Source: a bacterium (GTDB lineage Bacteria; Vulcanimicrobiota; JABDET01). Taken from it: a DNA stretch of 64,000 nucleotides. Below, one piece after another: positions 10,393-19,623 of the stretch. How positions within the stretch are numbered: the stretch's first letter is position 1; the number at the start of each line of letters is the position of its first letter. The notes under the pieces are model-generated. The model did no database searches, had not been told where the DNA came from, and saw only the letters and a list, made by a program, of their open reading frames with translations. Location: positions 66,957 to 130,956 of the forward strand of contig JAKAVV010000007.1 of the NCBI GenBank assembly GCA_021817145.1, read 5' to 3'. A program made the position numbers and the translations under genes.

Positions 10393-11289
10393 GTGCAAAA
10401 AATATTCACCCAGCGGCAAGTGAAAAAAATTTGGAAAAGTCTGCCAACAATTGAAGGAGCAGGGGTTCATCTCAACCGAGTGTTTGGGTTCCATCAAGTT
10501 CCCAAACTTGACCCTTTTCTGCTCTTAGATGATTTTCGTTCAGAAAATCCTGAAGAGTATAAAGCAGGTTTTCCCTGGCATCCACACCGCGGGATTGAGA
10601 CTATCACATACGTTTTAGATGGAGATGTGGAACATAAAGACAGCATTGGAAATTCAGGAGTTATTTCTGCAGGAGATATTCAATGGATGACTGCTGGCAG
10701 CGGAATCATTCATCAAGAAATGCCTCAGGGAAATCGCAGAGGAGAAATGTTTGGGTTTCAGCTCTGGGCAAATCTCCCCGCGAAATCAAAAATGATTCAT
10801 CCACGCTACCGCGATATTAAACAAAAAGATATCCCCCTTGTAAAAACTCAAGATGGAGCTGAAATACGAGTCATAGCAGGGGAGATTGAAGGGATAAAAG
10901 GACCAATTACAGAGGTTGTCATTAATCCTGAATATTTAGATGTAACCATTCCTCCAGGAAAACGATTTACTCATCCTGTCCAGGAAGGACATACTGTTTT
11001 CTCATACGTTATCGAAGGGGAAGGGGATTTCAACCCTGAGACAGACAAGACTCCTGTCAATTCTGAAAGATCTTTATGCGGAAACGGAACCCTTGTTTTA
11101 TATGGAGAGGGGGATGGTGTGACAATTGCTGCAAGCAGCCGCTCTGTTCGATTCCTGCTTATTTCTGGGAAGCCGATTCATGAACCGGTTGCCTGGTACG
11201 GGCCCATTGTCATGAATACTCAGGAAGAGCTGCGAAGAGCGTTTCAAGAGTATCATGATGGAAGTTTTACTGCGCGCCCATCGGAATAA
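10393..11289 (+). CDS. pirin family protein
   Basis: DPFLLLD, GFPWHPHRGIETITY, QWMTAGSGIIHQEMP, QLWANLP, YGPIVMNT. Confidence 0.95.
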   Translation: MQKIFTQRQVKKIWKSLPTIEGAGVHLNRVFGFHQVPKLDPFLLLDDFRSENPEEYKAGFPWHPHRGIETITYVLDGDVEHKDSIGNSGVISAGDIQWMTAGSGIIHQEMPQGNRRGEMFGFQLWANLPAKSKMIHPRYRDIKQKDIPLVKTQDGAEIRVIAGEIEGIKGPITEVVINPEYLDVTIPPGKRFTHPVQEGHTVFSYVIEGEGDFNPETDKTPVNSERSLCGNGTLVLYGEGDGVTIAASSRSVRFLLISGKPIHEPVAWYGPIVMNTQEELRRAFQEYHDGSFTARPSE

Positions 11290-11307
11290 AGCAGCCGAAG
11301 CTTCCTT

Positions 11308-11715
11308 TTACTCATAAATAAATTCAATCGGAATCCTCACTTCAGGATGAAGGCTTTTATGAACAGGGCAGGTTTCAGCAACCCTTTCCAAAGTCTTTCT
11401 CATTTCACTTGAAACTTTCCCCGCAGGCATCCTCACTCTTGTTTTTAAGCTCCCAATGCGGCGAAGCGGTTCAGAAACCATTTCTTTGTGAACCTCTACT
11501 TCTGAACCACTCAAATCAATTCCATGGCGATCAGCGAACATTCCCATTGTTGTCAGGATACAGGAAGCAAGAGCAGCTGCCACTAAATCAGTTGGGCTGA
11601 AAGCAGAAGCATCCCCACCAATATCCTTTGGCGCATCTGTTCGAAGACTAACCCCTTCCTGGTGAACAGCCGTGCATTTTTTGCATCCATCATAAACAAC
11701 TTTTATCTTAACCAT
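11308..11715 (-). CDS. OsmC family protein
   Basis: TDAPKDIGG..FSPTDLVAAALASC and CPVHKSL. Confidence 0.92.
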   Translation of the reverse strand: MVKIKVVYDGCKKCTAVHQEGVSLRTDAPKDIGGDASAFSPTDLVAAALASCILTTMGMFADRHGIDLSGSEVEVHKEMVSEPLRRIGSLKTRVRMPAGKVSSEMRKTLERVAETCPVHKSLHPEVRIPIEFIYE

Positions 11716-12131
11716 TATGGCAGATCTTCTCCTGTGGCAGTAAGAGTAATTCCTCCATGTTTTACCCCTTTGACAGATCGGAGGGCATGATACAAAGCGC
11801 GTATTTGTTTGGGTTTCCCCTTTGCGGCAAGAAGCTCCAAGCAGTGGCTGTTCTCAAGATGGATGTGTTGAGCTGAGAGGACATAGCGGGAATATTCGTG
11901 CTGAATTTCGGTCAGTTTATTTACCAGTTCTCTTTGACTGTGGTCATAAAGGAGAGAGATCGTTCCTAGACTTTCTTTTTCTTCCTCCAACTCCTGTTTG
12001 ATCAGTTTTTCTCGAATTAGATCCCGAATTGCTTCTGAGCGGTTTGTGTATTTCTGCGCGCAGATTTCTTCATCAAACCGTTCTAAAAGATCCGATTCAA
12101 GAGAAACGCCAAATCTTACCACCTGTTTCAT
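11715..12131 (-). CDS. nikR: nickel-responsive transcriptional regulator NikR
   Basis: RHH N-terminus RFGVSL...NRSEAIRDLIR and metal site QH...HIHL...CLE. Start taken at MKQVVRFG. Confidence 0.93.
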   Translation of the reverse strand: MKQVVRFGVSLESDLLERFDEEICAQKYTNRSEAIRDLIREKLIKQELEEEKESLGTISLLYDHSQRELVNKLTEIQHEYSRYVLSAQHIHLENSHCLELLAAKGKPKQIRALYHALRSVKGVKHGGITLTATGEDLP

Positions 12132-12175
12132 TTGATGGAGTATTCGGCGCAGCATTAAAAAATCATGTTTTTCGT

Positions 12176-15124
12176 TTAAAATTTAAAGGTGGTTGTCATA
12201 AAGAATTCTCGGATCGGTTCTAATGCAATAGGGGGATACTTTCCTTTTACAGGGGAGTAATCCTGAGAAAAGGGGTATCCAAAAGAGCCCATAAATGTGG
12301 GGAAATAAGGGGTAGAATTGTAAGCCAGAATCTGACCATTATTAAACAAGTTGAACACTGAAAAAGTGGTGGAAAACCATCTGCTGGCATGATAAGTGAT
12401 CGCAAGATTCGCTAAAAACACAGAGGGGCCAGTTAAACTGTTCGGCAGAGTCTCACCAAGAGGATTGAAATCCCCATTTGCAGGCAGATCTTCTGCGCAG
12501 GCGGCAGGAGTTAGATAAGGATCATTGGGATTTGGAAGAGATCCGCACGCTGCTGCCATATTGACATAAAAACTCTTCAGCTGAGCGCTTCCCATGCCAT
12601 AAGGCTGCCCACTGGTAAACGTAAAATTCGGAGCAATTTCCCATTTTTTATTCGGTTTATAATCTAAGAGCAGATTAACCGTGTGTTTAATATTCCAGTC
12701 AGCTGGAATGGATTGGGTATTTGCCTGCTCGTAAAGAGAAGCCGCGTTTGGCAGAAGATTGGGCTGAAAAATTCCCGCTCCAGTCACTGTGCTGGTTGAA
12801 TTGTATTCTGGAAGAAAAGGGAAAATATATTCTGGATTTCCAACAATTGTGGAATTGTTGTAGGTGTAATTCAAGGTGCTGCTCAGATGATGCCAGTTTT
12901 GAGTATGGAGCTGAAATTCCACTCCTTCTGCCGTCAAAGAGGCTACATTAAAAGCCCCTCCTGCTTCTGCAATAGGAATATAAGTATAAATAATTGGATT
13001 TTTGACTGTCTTTAAATAGGGAGTGATCTTGAGATAGGTCTTTGAATTAGGAAAATATTCCATTGAAAATTCATAATTATCCCCAGATTCAGGAAGATTT
13101 CCGGCTGTTGTGTAACCTACATTTCCAATGACCTTGCAGGGTATGCCGTAAAGGGCTCCTGTTCTTGCTGCACAGAGGTTTGACACGCCAAACACTTCTG
13201 TATCACTTGTGAAGGTATTGAACTTCCCATACCCTGCTTTTAGGGCAAAGGAATGGGTTAACTGATAAGAAATTGAGATTCTCGGCTGAAAAAAAGAAGG
13301 GGATAAGATTCCTGAGTTAACACAAATATTAAACTGAGGTGTGCAGTGAGTAAACAATCCTTCTGGATCAGCAGGGTTATTGATCTGTAAATCAGGGGAG
13401 AATCCGGTGAATCCTTCAACAGCATAAGGAAGCCCATTGGGTTGGGTTATCATTCCTGGAAGATAAGGGGCTTGATAAATCATTTTGTCCCATCGGATTC
13501 CTGCATTCATGTCTAAGTCTGGAAGAGGGGTCCATTCATCATTCACCCAGAGAGATGGATTTTGATTATTTGCCCCTCCAAAATCCGGGTTTCCTGTTAA
13601 TGCCCCTAAGGGGTTTGGGTAAAGATTTGTCATCTCTTGAGTATCGTTGGTATAAATATACTCCCCTCCTAAAGTGATTTTGTTTTCTTTATTGATCTGG
13701 TCTTTGTATTCAAGTCTTACCCCTTTTTGGCGGGCAAGATCATATTGGGAGAAAAAACCATCTGCAGGGGTAGCGGAGTAAAAATCAGGGTTGCTGTCAT
13801 AGAGCCAGAATCGCAAACTTAAACTGCTGATTGGAGAAAAGTAGTGGTGATAGCGGAGACTTTCCAGATTGTAAAATTGATAATTAAAAGGAGGAACAGG
13901 GGAGAATTCTGCTTGAGTTCCACTAGGAGAATAGTAGGTGAATTCAGCAGATTCGAAATCAAATCCGTCTGCTAACAGGAGGGTGAGGATATTTTTCTCA
14001 TCCAAATTATAGGTTAGATTTAAGATTCCATCTCTTGCAACTTTTCGATAGATTTGCCCTCCAATGCCGGAGTAAGTCATAACCTCTTCTCCTGCTGAAT
14101 TTAAATATCCAGACATCCCTTCATTTTCAGAGATGGTGTTGAAAAAATAATGAAATCTCCCTGACTGCCCTTCTAATCTTAAGTCCCAGTTGTCGGGATT
14201 GGATGGACGAATTCCGCTGTATCCAATCCTACTCCCTATCTCTCCAGTGGCAGGGTCTGCTGAAAAAAGAGGGGAATTTTCCCCTTGATCCAGCCAAAAG
14301 CCGTAAGAAAACTGCAGTGAGCCATGCAGCCGCCCAAATCCTTCCGGTACAATCGTGTTTTCATACCCATCTATTCCACTTCCATATTGAACAGGATACA
14401 CTCCTGGGAAAAACTGGAGCGTCTCCATGCCTGTTGTCAATCCAAGATTTCCCGAATCCTCAAAAAGAGTGTAATTTGTGAGAGGAATTCCATCTAAAGC
14501 ATAAACTGTCCCAAATCCGCTTCCACCCCTGATATGAGGCCCTCCAGGCATGCTGAGAGCATAACCTCCACTTGCAGCATAGGTTTGAACCCCAGGAAGC
14601 TCTTCCATAATAGAGGTTGTGTTCAGAGAAGCTGGACCAGGCAGAAAGGCTTTCAGTTCTCTTTCTCCCATGGTGTAAGAGGTCATGGTTTGTCTTAAAT
14701 GGATAGTTTGATTTCTGGCACTGATGACTGTTAACCCTTTAACTGTATAGATGATTGGAAGAATACGAAGAACTTGATAAAAAGTTGTTCCTTTTTCCAA
14801 AGGAACTTTTGAGATAACCTTTGTTTTATATCCAACTCTTTGAATTTTAAGTGTGTAGTCCCCTGGAATTAAATGAATAAATGTAAAATACCCGTCTGCT
14901 CTACTTAATGTAATCCAGGTCTGCTTCTTTTTTATGACTGTAATGACTGCTCTTGAAACCGGTTTGCCTGTTCTTTTATTCACTACCCTGCCTGTTAGTA
15001 TTCCACCGCTCTGTTTCCCAAAGGCTGTTAGGGAGGTGGTGAAAAAATAAAGAATAAGGATGAAATATGATATTTTCCTCTGAAGCGGTTTCCTGCATAA
15101 TTGTGTTATTATTTTAATTTCCAT
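12176..15124 (-). CDS. TonB-dependent receptor with N-terminal carboxypeptidase-regulatory-like domain (probable nickel/metal uptake)
   Basis: Signal-like N-terminus, G.LTGRV...DG.F.F..L.PGDY, plug motifs LPGV/IRGG/DGIP, barrel motifs GIRWD, FQPRISISY and NLFN, C-terminal Phe. Co-oriented upstream of nikR. Confidence 0.85.
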   Translation of the reverse strand: MEIKIITQLCRKPLQRKISYFILILYFFTTSLTAFGKQSGGILTGRVVNKRTGKPVSRAVITVIKKKQTWITLSRADGYFTFIHLIPGDYTLKIQRVGYKTKVISKVPLEKGTTFYQVLRILPIIYTVKGLTVISARNQTIHLRQTMTSYTMGERELKAFLPGPASLNTTSIMEELPGVQTYAASGGYALSMPGGPHIRGGSGFGTVYALDGIPLTNYTLFEDSGNLGLTTGMETLQFFPGVYPVQYGSGIDGYENTIVPEGFGRLHGSLQFSYGFWLDQGENSPLFSADPATGEIGSRIGYSGIRPSNPDNWDLRLEGQSGRFHYFFNTISENEGMSGYLNSAGEEVMTYSGIGGQIYRKVARDGILNLTYNLDEKNILTLLLADGFDFESAEFTYYSPSGTQAEFSPVPPFNYQFYNLESLRYHHYFSPISSLSLRFWLYDSNPDFYSATPADGFFSQYDLARQKGVRLEYKDQINKENKITLGGEYIYTNDTQEMTNLYPNPLGALTGNPDFGGANNQNPSLWVNDEWTPLPDLDMNAGIRWDKMIYQAPYLPGMITQPNGLPYAVEGFTGFSPDLQINNPADPEGLFTHCTPQFNICVNSGILSPSFFQPRISISYQLTHSFALKAGYGKFNTFTSDTEVFGVSNLCAARTGALYGIPCKVIGNVGYTTAGNLPESGDNYEFSMEYFPNSKTYLKITPYLKTVKNPIIYTYIPIAEAGGAFNVASLTAEGVEFQLHTQNWHHLSSTLNYTYNNSTIVGNPEYIFPFLPEYNSTSTVTGAGIFQPNLLPNAASLYEQANTQSIPADWNIKHTVNLLLDYKPNKKWEIAPNFTFTSGQPYGMGSAQLKSFYVNMAAACGSLPNPNDPYLTPAACAEDLPANGDFNPLGETLPNSLTGPSVFLANLAITYHASRWFSTTFSVFNLFNNGQILAYNSTPYFPTFMGSFGYPFSQDYSPVKGKYPPIALEPIREFFMTTTFKF

Positions 15125-15285
15125 GCTACCAAACTGGCTCCTTTATAAAAAAGCAGCTCCTCCTTCTATATGAGGGTGTAATATTATTATACAGAGTTTA
15201 CTATCAATTTTTAAAAGATATAGTCATTAATGAATCAGTAAAAGAGATGCTCCCTTCTCGTATACTCCATACAATGAAGAAAATT

Positions 15286-15312
15286 GTGTTATTTTTTTTA
15301 ATTTAGTGCTAT
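15286..15312. promoter_or_regulatory. putative NikR operator (direct repeat GTGTTAT-N13-GTGCTAT)
   Basis: Half sites at 15286-15292 and 15306-15312, overlapping the -10 box and start region of the receptor-nikR operon. Confidence 0.6.
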
Positions 15313-15339
15313 TATAGCATGACAGGATCGATCTGTCAA
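15311..15339 (-). promoter_or_regulatory. consensus sigma70 promoter of the TBDR-nikR-osmC operon
   Basis: On the minus strand: TTGACA (15339-15334), 17-bp spacer, extended TGnTATAAT (15316-15311). Confidence 0.75.
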
Positions 15340-15371
15340 GAGCCCGAATTGAAGCAGCTGACTGTTTAGAG

Positions 15372-15490
15372 TTTTCGAATATCCAACCCATTTCTTCCTA
15401 GATCCGCAGCAGCTTTTAAAGTGGTTCCAGTCCCAAGAAAAGGATCAAGAACAGTTTCATTTTTATAAGTAAAAGCTTTAATGATTCGAT
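15372..15490 (-). pseudogene. fragment duplicating the 3' part of the DNA methyltransferase at 16057-17124
   Basis: Near-identical to about 16121-16238. Translates RIIKAFTYKNETVLDPFLGTGTTLKAAADLGRNG, then breaks off. Confidence 0.8.
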
Positions 15491-15610
15491 CAGAAGGAGA
15501 ATATTTTCAATGATCGCAGGGGGTAAAATTTGATGATCGTCTGCATTCCATGGCAGAATGAAAAGGTAATTTAACGAGTTTCATATAACTTTTCAAACAT
15601 GGTAAACACC

Positions 15611-15817
15611 ATGAGGCAAGTAATTATTTATTCGGGGGAAGATGGTTATTGGATTGCCGAATGTCCTTCTCTTCCTGGCTGTATTAGCCAAGGATACACT
15701 AAAGAAGAAGCTATTGCCAACATAAAAGAAGCTATTCATGGTTATGTGGCAGCCTTGCAGCAGGACAAACTTCCTGTTCCCGAAGAGAAGTTTGAAGCAA
15801 TGCTTTTTGTGGTATGA
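15611..15817 (+). CDS. hicB: HicB family antitoxin
   Basis: MRQVIIYSGEDGYWIAECPSLPGCISQGYTKEEAIANIKEAI. Confidence 0.9.
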   Translation: MRQVIIYSGEDGYWIAECPSLPGCISQGYTKEEAIANIKEAIHGYVAALQQDKLPVPEEKFEAMLFVV

Positions 15818-15887
15818 GCAAGCTTCCACTCGTGGAATTATTCGATTGGCTGGTTTGACTGTGGAAGAGTTTGTGAATCTTCTTTGA
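15814..15887 (+). pseudogene. hicA: internally deleted HicA toxin remnant
   Basis: ATGA-coupled start MSKLP is joined out of frame to RGIIRLAGLTVEEFVNLL*, the typical HicA C-terminus. The core with the catalytic His is missing. Confidence 0.7.
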
Positions 15888-16056
15888 TTCGTTATTTTTT
15901 TACTTTCCTACCTTAAAAGTATCACTTTTCATCGTCGCTGTCAAGTTTTTGCGTGCTGCCGCTAGCTGAGCCTGGCACTAAGTTTTTTTTGGCATATTGA
16001 AATTCTACATATTTGGTTTCTCTAAGAGATTGTTTTTGTGTCTCGTGTTATAAAAT

Positions 16057-17124
16057 TTAAACGAATTTACTGTGGTGGTTTTTCAATCTTTTTACTGCCA
16101 GTTCCACAATTTCAGGAACGATTTCGTATCCTACCCCATTTCTTCCCAGATCCGCAGCAGCTTTTAAAGTGGTTCCACTCCCAAGAAAAGGATCAAGAAC
16201 ACTTTCACTTTTATAAGTAAAAGCTTTAATGAGTCGATAAGGCAGTTCATAAGGAAATGGTGCTGCATGGGAGCGGTGGTCTCCGCTTTTCTCGGGATTC
16301 ATTATCCAGACATCTGAGTTTTTGATCTTCAGCCAAAAATCCTTATCCAATTTTGAAGCCTCTTTCTGCTCTTTTGTTAAATGCCCATATTTATCGAACC
16401 CTTTTTTTTCGGGTTTATTAAACTCTAAAATAAATTCGTGCATGTTGTTGATTAAAATGCCGCCTGGGAAGGGATAGGTTCCAAAATGAGCTCTTACTCC
16501 ATTGGTTTTATGCCACACAATATCCCTTTTAAAAATAAATCCAATCTTTTCCATCAGATCAATGGTTCTACCTGCCAAATTTAAAGATTTAAACCCTTCT
16601 TTATTTCGCACAGGCAAATTCATGATATTAACAAAAGCCTTTCTCCCTGGCTGCAAAACCCTAAAGACCTCTTTCCACACCATTCCAATGGCTTCGAACC
16701 ATTCATCCAGTCCATGGATATCCCCAAGGTTATTTTCTATCGGATCTTTCGTGTACATTTTTGCGTTAAAATAAGGGGGTGAAGTGACCATTAAATGAAC
16801 AGAATCATCCTCTAATTCTTTCATGTTCATGGCATTGGCAGTATAAATTTTCTGTGTCGTATCATTGATCTTGAGAATGTTCTCCGCAGGAACTTCTTTT
16901 TTTGTTTCTTTATTTAACTTTGGCAGACTTTTTTCATGCTCGATCAGATCCTGCAGATCAAATCTCTTCTGCCCGCTGGCAGCTGTCAGGTATCGAATTT
17001 TTTCAGCTTTAGCCAGCCTATGCAAAATTTCAACGGAAATTCCAAGCCATTTCGCAGCTTCAATAGAAGATAAGTATTTTCTCTCTTCGTAATCCTTATA
17101 GCCATTCTTTACAGAAGCCTTCAC
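16057..17124 (-). CDS. beta-class N4/N6 DNA methyltransferase with N-terminal Xis/MerR-like HTH
   Basis: TSPPYF precedes HAAPFP...VLDPFLGSGTT. N-terminal YLSSIEAAKWLGIS...GQKRF. Confidence 0.9.
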   Translation of the reverse strand: MKASVKNGYKDYEERKYLSSIEAAKWLGISVEILHRLAKAEKIRYLTAASGQKRFDLQDLIEHEKSLPKLNKETKKEVPAENILKINDTTQKIYTANAMNMKELEDDSVHLMVTSPPYFNAKMYTKDPIENNLGDIHGLDEWFEAIGMVWKEVFRVLQPGRKAFVNIMNLPVRNKEGFKSLNLAGRTIDLMEKIGFIFKRDIVWHKTNGVRAHFGTYPFPGGILINNMHEFILEFNKPEKKGFDKYGHLTKEQKEASKLDKDFWLKIKNSDVWIMNPEKSGDHRSHAAPFPYELPYRLIKAFTYKSESVLDPFLGSGTTLKAAADLGRNGVGYEIVPEIVELAVKRLKNHHSKFV

Positions 17125-17279
17125 AGAAGCTGCTCCTCTTTGTTCTTAATGATACAACCGTTCTTTGCTTTGATAAATGGATCCTTCACTAAAACGTTTT
17201 CTTTCTTTAAGAAAAAAGCGCTGCAATTTGTATCCCCAACAAAACACTATTTCTTTTAGAAGCAGAAAATAGGAATGTT

Positions 17280-17348
17280 AGAGCAATCTCAAAAAAGTAA
17301 AAAAAAGCTTCTTTTTTCACGATAAAAGAAGTTCCAGATCCTGAACAG
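17280..17348. repeat. 69-bp direct repeat copy 1 (duplicate of the SNF2 helicase 3' end)
   Basis: 67 of 69 bases identical to 19555-19623. Confidence 0.9.
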
Positions 17349-17370
17349 CAGCAGTCATCGGGGTTAGTCC

Positions 17371-17592
17371 TTAAGCAGAGGTTTGGTAAATAAGAGGCTT
17401 ATATCTGGGGCGGGGTATTGGTTTTCCTTCTGCCTTTGCTGCTTCCAGCCAGGCTTCTTTGGCAACCTTTAACTGGGAAAGGGCTTCTTCAGGTGTTTTT
17501 CCAAAAGCTGAGCAAGCGGTTAGATCCGGAATATCAGCAATATACCCTTCATCTTTTTCACTGTAAAAAATGTTAATATGATAATCTCTCAT
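17371..17592 (-). CDS. hicB: HicB family antitoxin
   Basis: YHINIFYSEKDEGYIADIPDL..CSAFGKTPEEAL...GKPIP.P. Confidence 0.9.
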   Translation of the reverse strand: MRDYHINIFYSEKDEGYIADIPDLTACSAFGKTPEEALSQLKVAKEAWLEAAKAEGKPIPRPRYKPLIYQTSA

Positions 17593-17843
17593 GACTGTTC
17601 CTCCAGCTTAAGATTATATTTTTCCAGCAGATGCAAAAATTGGCGAACTTGATATGGCTTGGCTTTACCATTTACTTCTTGCAAATTTATCAGTTCTTGA
17701 ACCTCGGGGTGGACAAAAATATGATGGCTCCCATTCACTCTTGAAAGATGAAATCCAAACGCTTGAACTAACACAATCATTTCCTCGAATCTTATATTTT
17801 TTGAACTAGAAAAAGCTTTCCTCAGCAATTTTCGCTTGTTCAT
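17589..17843 (-). CDS. hicA: HicA family mRNA interferase toxin
   Basis: IRFEEM..L..AFGF...RVNGSHHIF.HP....INLQ..GKAKPYQVRQ. ATGA overlap with hicB. Confidence 0.9.
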   Translation of the reverse strand: MNKRKLLRKAFSSSKNIRFEEMIVLVQAFGFHLSRVNGSHHIFVHPEVQELINLQEVNGKAKPYQVRQFLHLLEKYNLKLEEQS

Positions 17844-17946
17844 GCGCTGAGTGATAATTGATACAACATTTTCATAAATATATCATTCCAGAATTTAGAA
17901 GATTTTACCTGTGTGTTTTCTAAAAGGATGTGAAAAATCACAAAAA

Positions 17947-18172
17947 TCTCATTCCAGCAAACACATTCTCAATCGGATTCGTGGTCTTCAAATGCTTCCA
18001 ATTGTAATTGACAAAAAGAAATAAATGGCAAGTATTGAGCTCAAAAAAGCATTCGAGAAAGGGGTTGGAACAATAAGGTCTAGCATAATCGCATTTTTCA
18101 ATTGTCCTATCCCAGCATAACAGGATTCACCAGGGTGGCAGAACAAATTTCCACACCTCTTGACAAGAACTC
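17947..18172 (-). mobile_element. degenerate IS256-family remnant
   Basis: 17947-18000 translates WKHLKTTNPIENVFAGMR (IS256 transposase TTNxxE motif). GAGTTCTTGTCAAGAGGTGTGG at 18172-18151 resembles an IS256-family terminal repeat. Confidence 0.55.
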
Positions 18173-18340
18173 CGGGGGCATTGAAGAACGGTGTTTCCCT
18201 TTATCGGCTTTCGTCATTCCCTATGCTCCTGATCAGCGGCTTGATTGAGGTTCACTGATTTGCTTTGGGTTCGAGATTGAAGCGGGAATTACCTAATGCT
18301 TGGCTTTAAATAATGCCCTGCTTTGCTGGAGGAATCCATC

Positions 18341-19351
18341 ATGCACACCAATAATTCCATACTCATGCCGCTCACAAACCGTTTAAAAGACGAGTCCAGC
18401 AGAGAATTTCGCTTTCTGGAGAATAAATTTCCAATCGTCAAACTGCTAACAGAAAAAACTCATCCTCTATCAGCGCTTAAAAGCTTCCATTTTATGAATT
18501 TATCCCGAGAAACTGTTCTCCCCTCAGAAGTCCCTTCTTCACAAAGAAGAGTTGTTGGAACAGCGATTGATTACCGAATTCGATATTATTTCGATATAAC
18601 GTCGTCCACAGAATTGGCTGCATATAGGGGGGCAAGAGTGGCAAATAAACTTTATTACCATCCTATGACTGGCGAATGTATCAGTCCTATTTTCCCTGCT
18701 GACTTTACTGCTAACTTCTTTAAGAATCTAGAGAATACCCTGAAAAGAATAAAGCCCGTTAATCGCTTGCTGGATCAAATAAGTGAAGAATTATTAGCTA
18801 GATACTGCGTTATTTTAGCCTACTTTGAAGCTTTATTTCGAGCTGGAAGATCCATCAATTCTCCTTTACGCACTCTTTCCCAGAAAGCAACGCTGCAAGA
18901 TCTCCTTAATTTGCCAGAACCATCATTCATAAAAGATGTCATGGATTTATCCAAGTCTTTTTATGAAGACGCCAAATCCTTATTTGATAAGCCTTGCAAA
19001 CTGAATCCAACTTTTGACGGAACCAATGACATAGGAGGGGCAGATGCTGATTTCATTCTAGAAGATACTCTTTATGAAATTAAGACTGTTTCAGATCTTA
19101 AGCCCAGCTGTTTTCGGGAAGCCATTTACCAATTGCTGGGTTATGTGCTGCTAGATTATTCGGATTCTCACCATATTCGAAAAATCGGCATTTATTTTAC
19201 AAGACAGCGTCAATTCTGGTCAATCCCCTTATATTTGTTCTTAATTCCGCATGCCAGCCTAAGTCAATCTTCTTCGTGGAAACCCGAATCAGAAAAAGAA
19301 ATAAAGAAACAGCTCAGCTTCTTGAGAAGAGAGTTCAAACAATTGCTTTAA
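18341..19351 (+). CDS. putative PD-(D/E)xK (RecB/Cas4-like) nuclease
   Basis: GGAGG RBS. Motifs GTAIDY, GGADADFI....LYEIKT and YQLLGY. Confidence 0.6.
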   Translation: MHTNNSILMPLTNRLKDESSREFRFLENKFPIVKLLTEKTHPLSALKSFHFMNLSRETVLPSEVPSSQRRVVGTAIDYRIRYYFDITSSTELAAYRGARVANKLYYHPMTGECISPIFPADFTANFFKNLENTLKRIKPVNRLLDQISEELLARYCVILAYFEALFRAGRSINSPLRTLSQKATLQDLLNLPEPSFIKDVMDLSKSFYEDAKSLFDKPCKLNPTFDGTNDIGGADADFILEDTLYEIKTVSDLKPSCFREAIYQLLGYVLLDYSDSHHIRKIGIYFTRQRQFWSIPLYLFLIPHASLSQSSSWKPESEKEIKKQLSFLRREFKQLL

Positions 19352-19554
19352 AAATCAAAGCTAAATTGTTTGACCAAAGAAGCATTTTCAGAATATCGTA
19401 TGCGGAGAGAATTAAAAATGCGCGCACTGCCAAGCTCTTTGCAGAAATGTTAGATCCAAACCCAAAAATTTGATGAATCTGCAAACTCGTTTTGATTTAA
19501 AAGCTGCGCAGCGAGAACTCGGGGATTTTATTCGCGAAGATATACGACCCCTAC

Positions 19555-19623
19555 AGAGCAATCTCAAAAAAGTAAAAAAAAGCTTCTTTTTTCACGATAA
19601 AAGAAGCTCCAGATCGTGAACAG
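19555..19623. repeat. 69-bp direct repeat copy 2 (includes the last ~10 codons of the SNF2 gene)
   Basis: 67 of 69 bases identical to 17280-17348. Confidence 0.9.

Noticed and set aside
15930..15995. GC-rich imperfect hairpin vaguely like an integron attC end or a terminator
   Set aside because: I could not identify a complementary RYYYAAC/GTTRRRY core pair, a second similar site, or an integron integrase.
19276..19473. 65-aa ORF overlapping the end of the putative nuclease gene
   Set aside because: No RBS or motif, and it overlaps the upstream gene in another frame.
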